Below are positions 13,358 through 25,700 of a DNA stretch of 64,000 bases, piece by piece (position 1 is the stretch's first letter; each line of letters opens with the position of its first letter). A program made the translations under genes and the position numbers. The DNA is from Octopus sinensis (taxonomy: Eukaryota): contig NC_043003.1 of NCBI RefSeq assembly GCF_006345805.1, forward strand, positions 111,290,001 to 111,354,000, read 5' to 3'. The notes below the pieces were generated by a model. The model ran no database searches. It saw only the letters and a list, made by a program, of their open reading frames with translations, and had not been told where the DNA came from.

Positions 13358-14558
13358 ATGTTCTTTATTAGCCACACAGGGCTGCACACAGATAGAACAA
13401 TTACAAGGTGAGCTTTTCTTTTGAAGCTATTAAAAAAAAAAAAAAATGGAAGGGGATGTTCGAATCAAAAGGGATCGTAAAAGGAGAGAAGAGGACAAAA
13501 ATAAGGGGGTTAAAAAAAAAAAAAAAAAAAAAAAGTGGTGGAGAGGAAAAAAATGATCATAGTGATCGTTATCACAGAAATGTCAATATGAAGTGTAAAG
13601 GGAGACAGGTGAGGTTTACCCGTGGAAAGAAAAGCCTGCGGAAAAGACACGGTAACCTCGGTCAATGAAGTCACATTTTTATTTCTTTTTTTTTTTTTTT
13701 TTTTTGCAAATAAGCAACTCTCTGTTTTCGATTTCTCTGGTTCATAGGACTATGCTCAAGGTGGCTTCGTCATTAATACGTGCCATTCTTGCTACATTCA
13801 CCCATCTTTTTTTAAAACATTCGCTAGACAAAACTTGCCTCTCTACTCTCACTTCCTTTTCAAGTGGTACTTGAAGAAGTTGATGTGAGAGATGACCAGA
13901 GAGGAAAGTGTTTGTCTCCAATCCTTTCAGACGCGTCCACCAGATACATTCTTTCGCCATAGCCACAAGGATGATGAAAATGCTCTCCTTCCCGTTGAAG
14001 AAGGAGGCGTGACAATATGACGATAGACTCAGCTGATAAACCGACTCGTCCCACACGTGACAGCAGTTGTTCGACATAAGCCCACAGGTCGGAAATTGTT
14101 GGACACTGAACGAGTGCGTGCAGACGGTTTCGTCGCTCTGACCGCATCTCGGGCAGGTCGGCCCCGTGTTTCTCGAGCCGTGTCTGTAGAGCTTATCCCG
14201 AACGGGTAGCGCTTCTCGGTAGCACTGCCAGGCCAGGATCTCTGGAAGTTGTCCATGGGCCCTGGCCCGAAGTCGTCCCGAACAGGCGGGTCAGGTACTC
14301 CTCGTCGACGTCCAGGTTCGCCCCGAGCTCGTCGTCGTACCTCCCCTCCACTAAACCCCTATAGAATGCTTTGATTGTGTTGAAGTCACTTAAGGTCGAC
14401 CCAGGACGGCAGAGTTGCTTGAGGGCAACGCGACACTCGCGGTGCCATTCGCCCTTCCTCGGCCTCTTTTTGATCCACGACTGCAGTTCGGTCATGGAGA
14501 CGAGCTGCGGGAAAGCGTGCCTCACAAACGGCGACCACACCTGTTCACCGTCGTCTAC
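13358..14558 (-). mobile_element. Tx1/L1-clade LINE copy 2 (~1.2 kb)
   Basis: Same 3' end. The 5' break follows ...TCGTCTAC (+ strand), then 3 extra nt (GGT) precede the GATA tract. Confidence 0.92.
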
Positions 14559-14584
14559 GGTGATAGATAGATAGATAGATAGAT

Positions 14585-14685
14585 ATGTTTCTTTATTAGC
14601 CACACAGGGCTGCACACAGATAGAACAAATTACAAGGTAGAGCTTTTCTTTTGAAGGTATTAAAAAAAAAAAAAAAAAAAAAAAA
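14585..14685 (-). mobile_element. Tx1/L1-clade LINE copy 3 (~100 bp)
   Basis: Same 3' end; truncated inside the A-tract of the 3' UTR (+ strand). Confidence 0.9.
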
Positions 14686-14726
14686 TAGATAGATAGATAG
14701 ATAGATAGACAGATAGATAGATAGAT

Positions 14727-14759
<33 letters not shown>

Positions 14760-14875
14760 GAGATAGATAGATAGATAGATAGGTAGATAGATAGATATAT
14801 AGATAGACAGATAGATATATAGATGATAGATAGATAGATAGATAGATAGATAGACAGATAGATAGATAGATAGAT

Positions 14876-14948
<73 letters not shown>

Positions 14949-14982
14949 GTAGATAGATAGATAGCTAGATAGATAGATAGAT

Positions 14983-15624
14983 AACTTTCTTTTATTAGCC
15001 ACACAGGGCTGAATACAGAGGGGACAAATACAAATGCAGAGCTTTTCTTTTCGAGGGTGGAAAAAAATAAAAAATGTAAGATTGCGATCAAAAGGGATCG
15101 AGAGGAGGAAGAAAAAGGAAAAAAAAGAAAATCGTGTATCACAGAAATAATGGTGTAAACATTGATATAGCAATATTGAGTTCATCCGTGGGAAGAAAAG
15201 CCTACAGAAAAGACCACGGGAACCCCAGTCAGGGAGGAAATAAACACATGAGGTCAAAAATGCTCTCTTTCTTTTTTACTATCTACAGGATCATGCTCAA
15301 AATGGTTTTGTTACTAGCACGCACCATCATTGCAACATTCACCCATCTTTTTTTGAATCTTTCGCGAGACAAAACTTCCCTCTCCATTCTCACCTTCCTT
15401 TTCAAGTGGTACTTGAAAAAGTTGATGAGCGATTGGCCAGAGAGGTAAGTGTTTGTCTCTAATCCTTTCGCTCGAGTCCACCACACACATTCTTTCACCA
15501 TGGCCACCAGTACGATGAAAACTGCCTTGCCTTCCCGGTTGAGGGAAGGGGGCGGAGCAATTCTCACGACAGACTCGGCCGATAGGCGGATTCGTCCCAC
15601 ACGTGACAGCAGCCGTTCGGCATA
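14983..15624 (-). mobile_element. Tx1/L1-clade LINE copy 4, divergent subfamily (~640 bp)
   Basis: Related but clearly different 3' UTR and C-terminus (KECVWWTRAKGLETNTYLSGQSLINFFKYHLKRKVRMEREVLSRERFKKRWVNVAMMVRASNKTILSMIL*). Confidence 0.9.
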
Positions 15625-15658
15625 GATAGATAGATGATAGATAGATAGATAGATAGAT

Positions 15659-15824
15659 ATGTTTCTTTATTAGCCACACAGGGCTGCACACAGATAGAAC
15701 AAATTACAAGGTAGAGCTTTTCTTTTGAAGGTATTAAAAAAAAAAAAAAAAAAAAAAAGGAAGGGGGAGGTTCGATCAAAAGGGATCGTAAAAGGAGAGA
15801 AAGAGGACAAAAATAAGGGGGGTT

Positions 15825-15855
<31 letters not shown>

Positions 15856-15995
15856 GGAGAAGGAAAAAAAAAATGATCAATAGGGATCGTTATCACAGAA
15901 ATGTCAATATGAAGTGTAAAGGGAGGACAGGTGAGGTTTACCCGTGGAAAGAAAAGCCTGCGGAAAAGACCACGGTAACCTCGGTCAATGAAGTC
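15659..15995 (-). mobile_element. Tx1/L1-clade LINE copy 5 (3' UTR only, ~337 bp)
   Basis: Same 3' end; break at ...GTCAATGAAGTC|TAGAT. Confidence 0.9.
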
Positions 15996-16060
15996 TAGAT
16001 AGATAGATAGATAGGTAGATAGATAGATAGATAGATAGATAGACAGATAGATAGATACAT

Positions 16061-16113
<53 letters not shown>

Positions 16114-16159
16114 GTAGATAGATAGAGAGATAGATAGATAGACAGATAGATAGATAGAT

Positions 16160-16224
<65 letters not shown>

Positions 16225-16234
16225 GTAGATAGAT

Positions 16235-19200
16235 ATGTTTCTTTATTAGCCACACAGGGCTGCACACAGATAGAACAAATTACAAGGTAGAGCTTTTCTT
16301 TTGAAGGTTTAAAAAAAAATAATATATATAAAATAACAAATAAAATAAAATAAAAAGGGGGGTTCGATCAAAAGGGATCGTAAAAGAGAGAAAGGACAAA
16401 AAAAGGGGGAGAGGAAAAAAAATTGATCAATAGGGATCGTTTCACAGAAATGTCAATATGAAGTGTAAAGGGAGGACAGGTGAGGTTTACCCTGGGAAAG
16501 AAAAGCCTACGGAAAAGACCACGGTAACCTCGGTCAATGAAGTCACATGTTATATTTCTTTCTTTTTTTTTGCAAATAAGCAACTCTCTGTATTAATTTT
16601 TACGGTTCATAGAATCATAGTCAAGGTGGCTTCGTCATTCATACGTGCCATCCTTGCTACATTCACCCATCTTTTTTTAAACCATTCACTAGACAAAACT
16701 TGCCTCTCTACTCTCACTTTTTTCTTCAAGTGATACTTGAAGAAGTTGATGAGAGATTGACCAGAAGAGGAAAGTGTTTGTCTCTAATCCTTTCAGACGC
16801 GTCCACCAGATACATTCTTTCGCCATAGCCACAAGTATGATAAAAATAGCTCTTCCTTCCCGTTTGAAGGAAGGAGGCGTGACGATATTAACGATAGACT
16901 CGACTGATAAACCGACACGTCCCACACGTGACAGCAGTCGTTCGACATAAGCCCGCAGGTGGGAAATTGCTGGACACTGCACGATTGCGTGCAGAGCGGT
17001 TTCGTCGCTCTGCCCGCATCTCGGGCAGGTCGGCCCCGTGTTTCTCGAGCCATGCCTATAGAGCTTATCCCGAACGGGTAGCGCTTCTCGGTAGCACCGC
17101 CAGGCCAGGGATCTCTGGAAGTCGTCCATAGGTCCCGGGCCGAAAGTCGTTTGAAACAGGCGGGTCAGGTATTCCTCGTCGACGCCCATGTTTGCTCGAG
17201 CTTGTCGTCGTACCTCCCCTCCACTAATCCCCTATAGAATGCTTTGGTTGTGTTGAAGTCACTCAAGGTCGACCCGGGACGGCAGAGTTGCTTGAGAGCA
17301 ACGCGACACTCGCGGTGCCATTCGCCCTTCTTCGGCCTCTTTTTGATCCACGACTGTAGTTCGGTCATGGAGACGAGTTTCGGGAATGCGTGCCTCACAA
17401 ACGGCGACCACATCTGTTCACCGTCGTCTACATAGAGCCGGAGATGTCGCAGTCTCAGCGCGTGTCTGCGCATCATCAACCACGGCATGCCCAGCCCTCC
17501 TTTTAACGGGTGTTGACAGCAAATGGATCGCCTGACCATCGGGACGCATCCTTTCCACAAGAAGCGGAAGAGGATGCGTTCTAGTTTGGTGATGGTAGGG
17601 TCGGGACAAGGTACGACGGTCAGGCGGTAGTAGATGATGGACGCGATGTACGCGTTCACCACCTCCGCCCGACCTTTTAGGGACATTTTTCCTCTCGGAC
17701 CATTGCTGGGCGAGAGTGACCACCCTACTCGTTATCTCGTTCCAGTTCTCCTCCATTTGGAGGTCCGGACCGAACCAGACCCCGAGCAACTCAACCGGCC
17801 GTCTCTCCAGCGTCCCACGACGGAGGTACTGGTGGACGGCATGGGCTTGCTTCTCCAGGTGCCGAGCCGCAAGCCCACTGACTTTTCCCGGTTGATTTTT
17901 GCTCCTGTCACCGCTTCGTAGTCTTTCAGTGTCTCGCCGACCCGCTCGATGTGCTCGTGGCTTGACACTATGACGGTGACGTCGTCCGCGTATGCAGACG
18001 CGCTCGTCCCGCATCCTAATTCTCGCGGGATGCCCCTCAGAGTCGCCAGCTTCCTCAGTAGTGGCTCAAGAGTCAATACGTATAGAAGCGCCGAGAGGAG
18101 GCATCCCTGACGGACCGAACGTGCAATGTCGAAGGGTCTCGATAGATGTCCATTTACGCGAATTACCGAACGGATGCCCCTATACAAGGCAGCTATCCAG
18201 CCGCGGAAGACGGGACCGAAACCAGCCGCTCTCAGGACTGCCTCCAAGTATCGATGGTCTACCCTATCAAAGGCTTTCGATTGATCCAAGTTGATCAGGG
18301 CCCCACCCATGCCAGGCTCGTTAACTACCCTGTCTATGATGTAGCGCATCAGATGGAGGTTGTCATGGATTATCCGGCCCGGCACCGGCGCACGTTTGTG
18401 CGTTGTCGACCAGTTTTTTCCCCATGACAAGCGCCAACCTCTTGGCTAACACCTTTGTCAAAATTTTCAGGTCTGCATGAGCAGAGTGATTGGCCTAAAG
18501 TTATCTATAATGTTTCCCTTGTTTGGATCTTTCTTCAGCAGAGTTACAGCTCCTCGACTCACAAACCGGTATGCTCCCGTTTGCTGCCAGTTGCAGTATA
18601 CCGCTGCCAAGACGTCTCCAAAGAAGTCTGGCATACAATAGTAAAATTCGTAGGGTAGACCATCCAAACCCGGTGATTTGTCCCTCGAGCATTCTGCCAT
18701 CGCTTCCCGCACTTCCGCCGCCTATGGCACCTTCGCAGCACCCTGCCTTTCTTGTCGAGAGTCGTGGCAGGCTATGTAGGTAGGCACTGAAGTCTACCCT
18801 ATTTTCTTGCCCTCCACTCGTCCCGAACAGTCGGGCAAAATGCTGCTGAAAGGCCTCACACATTTTACTTGGCTCGAGCAATTCGCGCCTCTGTTCATCT
18901 ACCAGTGACCGAATGGTGGCTTTGTTGCCCTGTTGCGCCTCTTCCACCCGGGCCTCTCTCGCGGCTCCAACACCTTCGTTCCTTAGAGCACGCATCCTAG
19001 CTCTGAGAGCACATCCTTCGTGTTTGGCGTTGAAGTGTTGGTCGAGGGCCAACCTCGCCGCCAAAACGTCGGATGCGATGCCGCTTCTAATTGCCTCTTC
19101 TAGCTTCTTACTAGCTCACTCACCCTCTACTCTATTTCTATCTATGGCTAGTGCTTTGCTGTACCTAATCGCTTCTGCTTTTACTGCTCTCTTGAGGGCA

Positions 19201-19265
19201 AACCACCATTTGTTGTTGATGATGGCTCCCGTCAAAGCCCTCTTTACTAGTGTGCTAATCCGGTC
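16235..19265 (-). mobile_element. Tx1/L1-clade LINE copy 6 (longest, ~3.0 kb: RT domain plus CCHC, no endonuclease)
   Basis: Same 3' end; break at ...CGGTC|TAGAT; carries the ORF2 remnant listed next. Confidence 0.95.
16607..19265 (-). pseudogene. Disrupted Tx1-type ORF2 (reverse transcriptase plus C-terminal CCHC zinc knuckle)
   Basis: KSPGLDGLPYEFY, NFRPITLL, LDQSKAFDRVDH, SVRQGCLLSALLY, SAYADDVTV, GAKINREKS, LFRFLWKG..GGLG and CPRCGQSDETALHAIVQC are typical of Tx1/L1 ORF2. Split by several frameshifts and a stop at 19116. Confidence 0.9.
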
Positions 19266-19309
19266 TAGATATATAGATAGATATATGATAGACAGATAGA
19301 TAGATAGAT

Positions 19310-19347
<38 letters not shown>

Positions 19348-19398
19348 CAGATAGATAGATAGATGATAGATAGATAGATAGATAGGTAGGTAGATAGG

Positions 19399-19430
<32 letters not shown>

Positions 19431-19541
19431 CAGATAGATAGATAGATGATAGATAGATAGATAGATAGATAGACAGATAGATAGATAGATGATAGATAGA
19501 TAGATAGATAGATAGGTAGATAGATAGATAGATAGATAGAT

Positions 19542-20110
19542 ATGTTTCTTTATTAGCCACACAGGGCTGCACACAGATAGAACAAATTACAAGTAGAGCT
19601 TTTCTTTTGAAGGTTTAAAAAAAAAAAAAAAAAAGGAGGGGGAGTTTCGATCAAAAGGGATCGTAAAAGGAGAGAAAGAGAACAAAGAAAAGGGTGTTAA
19701 AAAAAAAAAAAAAACGGGGAGAGGAAAAAAAAATTGATCAATAGGGATCGTTATCACAGAAATGTCAATATGAAGTGTAAAGGGGAGGACAGGTGAGGTT
19801 TTCCAGTGGAAAGAAAAGCCTACGGAAAAGACCACGGTAACCTCGGTCAATGAAGTCACATTTTATATTTCCTTTTTTATTTTTTTTTTGCAAATAAGCA
19901 ACTCTCTGTTTTCGATTTCTGGGTTCATAGGACTATGCTCAAGGTGGCTTCGTCATTCATACGTGCCATTCTTGCTACATTCACCCATCTTTTTTTAAAA
20001 CATTCGCTAGACAAAACTTGCCTCTCTACTCTCACTTTCCTTTTCAAGTGGTACTTGAAGAAGTTGATGAGAGATTGACCAGAGAGGAAAGTGTTTGTCT
20101 CCAATCCTTT
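19542..20110 (-). mobile_element. Tx1/L1-clade LINE copy 7 (~570 bp)
   Basis: Same 3' end; break at ...CCAATCCTTT|AGACAG. Confidence 0.9.
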
Positions 20111-20133
20111 AGACAGATAGATAGATAGATGAT

Positions 20134-20182
<49 letters not shown>

Positions 20183-20183
20183 C

Positions 20184-20216
<33 letters not shown>

Positions 20217-20254
20217 TATAGATAGACAGATAGATATATAATAGACAGATAGAT

Positions 20255-20450
20255 ATGTTTCTTTATTAGCCACACAGGGCTGCACACAGATAGAACAAAT
20301 TACAAGGTAGAGATTTTCTTTTGAAGGTATTAAAAAAAAAAAAAAAAAAAAGGAAGGGGGAGGTTCGATCAAAAGGGATCGTAAAAGGAGAGAAAGAGGA
20401 CAAAAATAAGGGGGTTTAAAAAAAACAAAAAAAAAAAAAATGAAAAAAAA
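20255..20450 (-). mobile_element. Tx1/L1-clade LINE copy 8 (~195 bp)
   Basis: Same 3' end; truncated in an A-tract of the 3' UTR. Confidence 0.88.
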
Positions 20451-20455
20451 TAGAC

Positions 20456-20546
<91 letters not shown>

Positions 20547-21599
20547 CTAAATTCAATTTACAGTACATCAATGAAAAATGTCTATATATTATTCAGTGAT
20601 ATGTCATATTCTTTCGGTATAGACTGAATGAAACCTAGTTTTAGTGAGAGGAAGAATTACTCTAAAAGTTCACAGCACCGTGCTGTCATTGATAATCTTT
20701 CGCGGAGCTTCCAATCTCTGAGGCATTTGAACGCGGCCTTGAGGTTGAAGAAATTTCGTTTCTACCAGTAAACTGTCGCGAATGCAAACACGTGCATATA
20801 CATATGGGAATAAACGAAAGTAGGATAAACGTAAGTTTATATTGTAGTTCCTACGCGCGTGTCAACATTATAGTAGTTCGAAACGCTTCAATAACACTTG
20901 CTAGTGGATTACATGCTCAGCTACAACGAATCATCCGGGAACACTTTCTTACGTCAGTTTACAGAAAACGATGTATGCAAATATCCAGATATTTGTAAAT
21001 GCGTCTCTGTGTGCTGACTTTCTATACTTTTGAACATAAAATGTATGAATGAGTTTGTATGTGTGTATGTTCGCGTGTGTGTACGTTTGTGTTTTTTGCG
21101 TGCTTGAGTGCTTGCGTGCTTGCGCGTCCGAGTGTATTATGCTGCTCCAAATTTTTTTATAAACTATTTCGACATTTGAATAACTATATCATATAATATT
21201 TGCATTAATCACCAACATTATTTCCCTTTTCTCTCGCTTCTTCATATGCACCATTCCACCAGTCACACTTCGTTGCACATATCGCACTATAAATTTCGAG
21301 AATAAAATACTAGTTATGTAAATTTATTATTTTAAAAAGATTTATGCCATTTCTCATATTCCTACTCAATGAGTTTTTTTCTACACCATCCTTCTAATTT
21401 CATTCAATTATTTAAAAAGTTGTCCATTTTAATATTTTGTGTCAAATTATTACTAGTTTCTTTAGTATGAAATATGAATGTATTTTTCATTTCACATTTC
21501 ACATTTCACTGTCCGTACAAAGTGATTCGCATTCGCTTCACACCTACTTCATTAATATTGAAATTGTTGTGAATAACCGCTTAATAATAGCTGTATTGA

Positions 21600-21810
21600 G
21601 GAGAAGAAGAAGAAGAAGAAGAAGAAGAAGAAGAAAGATAAGAAGAAGAAGCTGAAGAAGAAGAAGCGGAAGAAGAAAGATAAGAAGAATAAGCTGAAGA
21701 AGAAGAAGGAGAAGGAGAAGAAGAAGAAGAAGTAGAAGAAGAAGAAGAAGAAGAAGAAGAAGAAGAGAAGAAGAAGAAGAAGAAGAAGAAGAAGAAGAAG
21801 AAGAAGAATG
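21600..21810. repeat. (GAA)n microsatellite
   Basis: Directly visible. Confidence 0.95.
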
Positions 21811-21834
21811 ATAATAATAACAATAATAACATGC

Positions 21835-22325
21835 GCAGATAGTGTACCAGTCTGTGGCTCTCATGGCTTTTGATCTTAACTGATTGGAAGTGATACCATG
21901 TACGTTCTTTTATAAAAGATGGGTTACAGTAAATATTCAGCTCAATACCACAGATTTGCTTGTCAGTTGTTTGGCCTTAACCAGTTGAGCATGTTCCTTA
22001 GTGGCTGACGATATGTGCATCTCTGATAACGAGCAGAAGTAGTGGGAAGCGTCATAGCAATATTCTGAGAGGGATTCTTTGGAATTTGAATAATTTACTT
22101 CTGCAAACATGGACGTTTCGGTCATCATCCTTAAACAAACCGTATTCAGGGACCTTTTGAACGGGTTGAGCTACTCGACCTGCAGAAAATTCTAACTGAG
22201 CCACATCTGCAAGATCGTGCGTTGTTTACTTTGATATCTGTTCACCATATCACGCACATGGTTATGATAGATATGCCTGGTGTACTCTTATCAGGCGAGT
22301 AGTCATGATAGGTATATTAGGCATG
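21835..22325. mobile_element. Interspersed repeat family B, class unassigned; second copy at 46635-47110
   Basis: Both copies share CACAGATTTGCTTGTCAGTT..AACCAGTTGAGCATGT..TTAGTGGCTGACGA.ATGTG.ATCTCTGAT..GCAGAAGTAGTGGG..AAAATTCTAACTG. Confidence 0.75.
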
Positions 22326-22394
22326 AATTGTTCTCTCTCTCTCTCACACAAAAACACATACACATACACACACACATACACACAGTAGTAATAG

Positions 22395-25075
22395 TAATAA
22401 TGATAAAAGACTTTGCTACTATAAACATACGGCCTAAAAATTAAAAACCTGGAAACATTAAAGGTGAAACTGATGTTTATGATACTCTAAAAATGTGTAT
22501 AATCAAAAAATTGAAACCCACAAATCTCAATATGGACCACCGATTGTACCTCCCAAAAATTAAAATTGATAATAAAACATCAATAATAAATAGCATGAAA
22601 CTGTTCGTCACAGAACTTGTAGCAACAGAAAAAAATATCAATATGACGAGACTAAATTATATAATATATGCAGCAGCCTTTGTGGCCAAGAAAAGAAGCT
22701 GACCATCCCCTAAAAACCATCCAAACAGAAGCATCAACGCCCAAGCAAATCTTGTGGATAAATACTGTCTAGAAAAAGTAGAATACAAGAGAAAGGATCT
22801 GTCTATCCTTAATGAAATTAATAGACAATCAACACTACTTAGCAGCAACAAGTAAAGAAAAATACAGCGTAAATACAAACTTACAGAACAAGGTACACCT
22901 TAGGTAAAAGAACAGCCACAACAAGATAGTCTAACCAAAGTACAGAGAATTCACCGATATGAGAAACGGCACAGCAACCTTGAACAAAACAAACAGTTCA
23001 ACTCCAACCCCAAAAGTTTGTACCAAGAACATGGCGAAAATAAAATAGAGATTAATTCAACACCAAGAGCGAAGGAGAGGAAGAATTTTGGAATGAAATA
23101 TGGTCGGTGAAGGAACAACCTCAGGAAAACGTCTGTGAAAACAATAAACACAACACCTGAACATCCTTGAACGCCTATAACAAATGAAGAGGCCAACCAG
23201 TCATTGTAAAATCTATGCAACTGGAAGGTACCCGGGTAGACAAAATCCCCAACTTCTGATTAAAATAACGAACAGGAACACATAGAAAATTGAGAAATTT
23301 AATGAAATAATAGCAGATCCATAGACAAGAGCTGCTGCAATGTCTCATACGGCTCTAAAGATCAGCTACAGTAAAACCATAAATGAAGACAGCCGCAGAA
23401 AGAAGGGGAGACTAAGTATGGCCTGGATCGATTACCGAAAGGCTTTTGACAGCTTACTCTACACATGGATTCTAGAAAACACTAGCCAAGAACAAGGTAG
23501 CCCCAATAATTATAAAAGGCATAAAACATTCAATTAGTAAATAGCTGTTAGTGTTACAGCTCCAGACAAAAGAGGGTCTCATAAAAACCAATGCCATTCC
23601 CATTAGAAAACAAATATTCCAGGACGACACACTTTCTCCATTCCTTTTATCTGACCTACTAAACAGAACCGGATGTGGATATAACTGTTGCGGCAAAACA
23701 ATCAGCCACCTTTCATATATAAATGAGGTCAAACAGCACGCTACAACTGATAAACAGCTGGAAGCATTACTATACACAGTACGCGGATTTACCAAACAAT
23801 GAACATGAAACGTCTCTTAGAAAAACGTGCCAAAGCAAACTAGTTAAGAGTAGCAAAATCACACCGGAAAAAGCAAATGAAATAAGAGAATAAAATCAAA
23901 GCCAGACATCCAAATACTTAGGAATCAATGAACTAGATACAACACGCACAAATGAGGGAGAAGACAAGAAAGGAATACTTTAGCCGAGTTGGATTAATAC
24001 TGAAAGCATAGCTCATTGCGAAAAACAAGATAATAAGTATCAATACTCTAGCCGTCCCAGTTATAAGTTACAGATACAATATCCTTAGATGAATTCTAAA
24101 TGAACTAATCAAAACAAATTAGAAAACAACAAAAATAAGGACAGGATTTAGGATGCACCGTTCAAAATCTCACATAGAAATGTTATATATATATATACAC
24201 AAAGTATGAAAGATGTAAGGGGTCTTATACAGCTAGAAAACTATTACAAATATAGATTAGGACTACAGAAATACCTATTAAAGAAAATTAATACATATAG
24301 CCAAAAACCTCGAACAAAAGAAAAACTGTTTTCAGTCTTTAATGAAGCTGACAAATGCCAAAAGGAGTCATAGAACCAAAAATCTATGAAGAAAAGCAAG
24401 AGACAACGAAAGCTGTAGAACAACTGAAATCCAACGAAAACTGGTACAGCAATGGATTATGATAAAACGTTTGCAAGAAAAGCGCCTTCATTAGCAAATA
24501 CTGGGTTAAACTAAACGCAAAAGAAATAGACAAAGCAAGATGTCAACAATGGGTGAGATTCTCATGATTCAAAGCAGAGACCGAAGGACTTTTTATTACA
24601 GTAAAGAAACCAAAGCCTCCTCACCAGAATTACATGTAATGAAAATAAATACAAGTAACTTCCGAATGTGTGGACATGGAGAAGAAGCAATATATATCAT
24701 ATTGTCTCTGGGTGCCCTATCTTGGCTAAGAAGGAATATATTCACAGACATGACGGAGTCGAGACCTATATACACTGGAGGTTATGAAACAGAAAAAAAA
24801 CGGTATAGGCACACGCCAGAAACTTTGAGAGAAAATAAGAAGGCAACCAAACTATGGGATGTATCAATTCACAAAATTTGAGAAATTAAGGCTAACATGT
24901 CGGATATAGTTGTCAGTGATCACCAGAACAAAAAATGCTTTCTAATCAATGTATCAATGCCATCAGATTACAATGTTTCTTGAAAAGAAAAGGAGAAACT
25001 TTCAAAATACAAAGATGTGGAAATAGAAGTAACTCGAATGAGAAGTCTAAAAAGAAAAAAATCCACTCATAGTAG
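22395..25075 (+). mobile_element. R4/Dong-like non-LTR retrotransposon remnant 1 (RT plus RLE), heavily decayed
   Basis: LSMAWIDYRKAFDS, IRKQIFQDDTLSP, TISHLSYINEVK (decayed YxDD), FRMCGHGEEAIYII, and KLWDVSIH..EIKANMSDIVV..CFLINVS..KEKEKLSKYKDVEIEV (PD-(D/E)xK-type endonuclease). Confidence 0.8.
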
Positions 25076-25700
25076 AATGTGTGGGAAGTGGGACGAAATC
25101 GTGACTGACATTATTAGTGATTTTGAAGTCCTGCGCAGAAATAGAACAAGCGCAAACATGACAAGGTAGCCCAAAATATTCACTGGCTACTATGCCGGAA
25201 GTATGGATATGAGGATACGGGTACTTCGTACCGACATACACCTGAGAAGTTAATTGCCAAAAAGGGGAAATCAAAAATTCTCTTCCAGACAGACAAGGTG
25301 TTAGAGAACCAAAGGCCGGATACAATAAGCTTTAAGAGGGACAAACAAGAAAGTGCTTAATAACCGACGTGGCAGTATCAGGAGATCAACATATCATCAT
25401 GAAAGAAAGAGAAAAGAAATATGGAGACCTAAGAATTAAAATGGCTAAGATGTGACAGTTACGAGATTCACACATAAAGTTTGTCCCTATTGTCATCGGA
25501 GAATTGGGTTCAATATCACCCATCCAGAAGAAAAGCACCTGGAAACTTTGGAAATGCCCTACAATTTATTTGTATTGCAAAACATCGGTATTACTTTGAA
25601 CTGCAGGCATAATTCGTAAAGTATTGTCTGTCTGAGGTCCTTGTGACTTGTCAGGCAGTACAAAACGCCGGTAGATACAATATCTTCAATCAACAACACT
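25070..25700 (+). mobile_element. R4/Dong-like remnant 2 (CCHC plus RLE 3' end)
   Basis: RMCGKWDEIVTDII, IHWLLCRKYG, QTDKVLENQRPD, TDVAVSGDQHIIMKERE..KYGDLRIKMAKM, FVPIVIGELGSI. Confidence 0.75.

Larger units (their letters stand above)
11486..20546. repeat. (GATA)n locus split into nine tracts by eight LINE insertions
   Basis: Tracts at about 11486-11605, 12950-13357, 14562-14584, 14686-14982, 15625-15658, 15996-16234, 19266-19541, 20111-20254 and 20451-20546. Confidence 0.95.

Noticed and set aside
14193-15257. 354-aa ORF and other long IYLS-repeat ORFs across 11.3-20.4 kb
   Set aside because: They are read-through of (ATCT)n, which has no stops in these frames, fused to LINE fragments; not genes. 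A chimeric product is conceivable but unsupported.
16607-19265. Intact, active Tx1 ORF2
   Set aside because: No endonuclease domain, a stop at 19116 and several frameshifts. Some single-base indels may be long-read errors, but the 5' truncation alone precludes autonomy.
11486-20546. CRISPR-like or satellite interpretation of the repeat/spacer alternation
   Set aside because: The 'spacers' are homologous nested LINE 3' fragments of very unequal length, the context is eukaryotic, and there are no cas genes.
20680-20830. GC-richer open stretch next to the Tx1 array as a possible exon
   Set aside because: No consistent splice sites with an open frame, and no recognisable peptide on either strand.
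21544-21864. Poly-Leu, poly-Ser and poly-Arg ORFs
   Set aside because: Translations of the (GAA)n tract.
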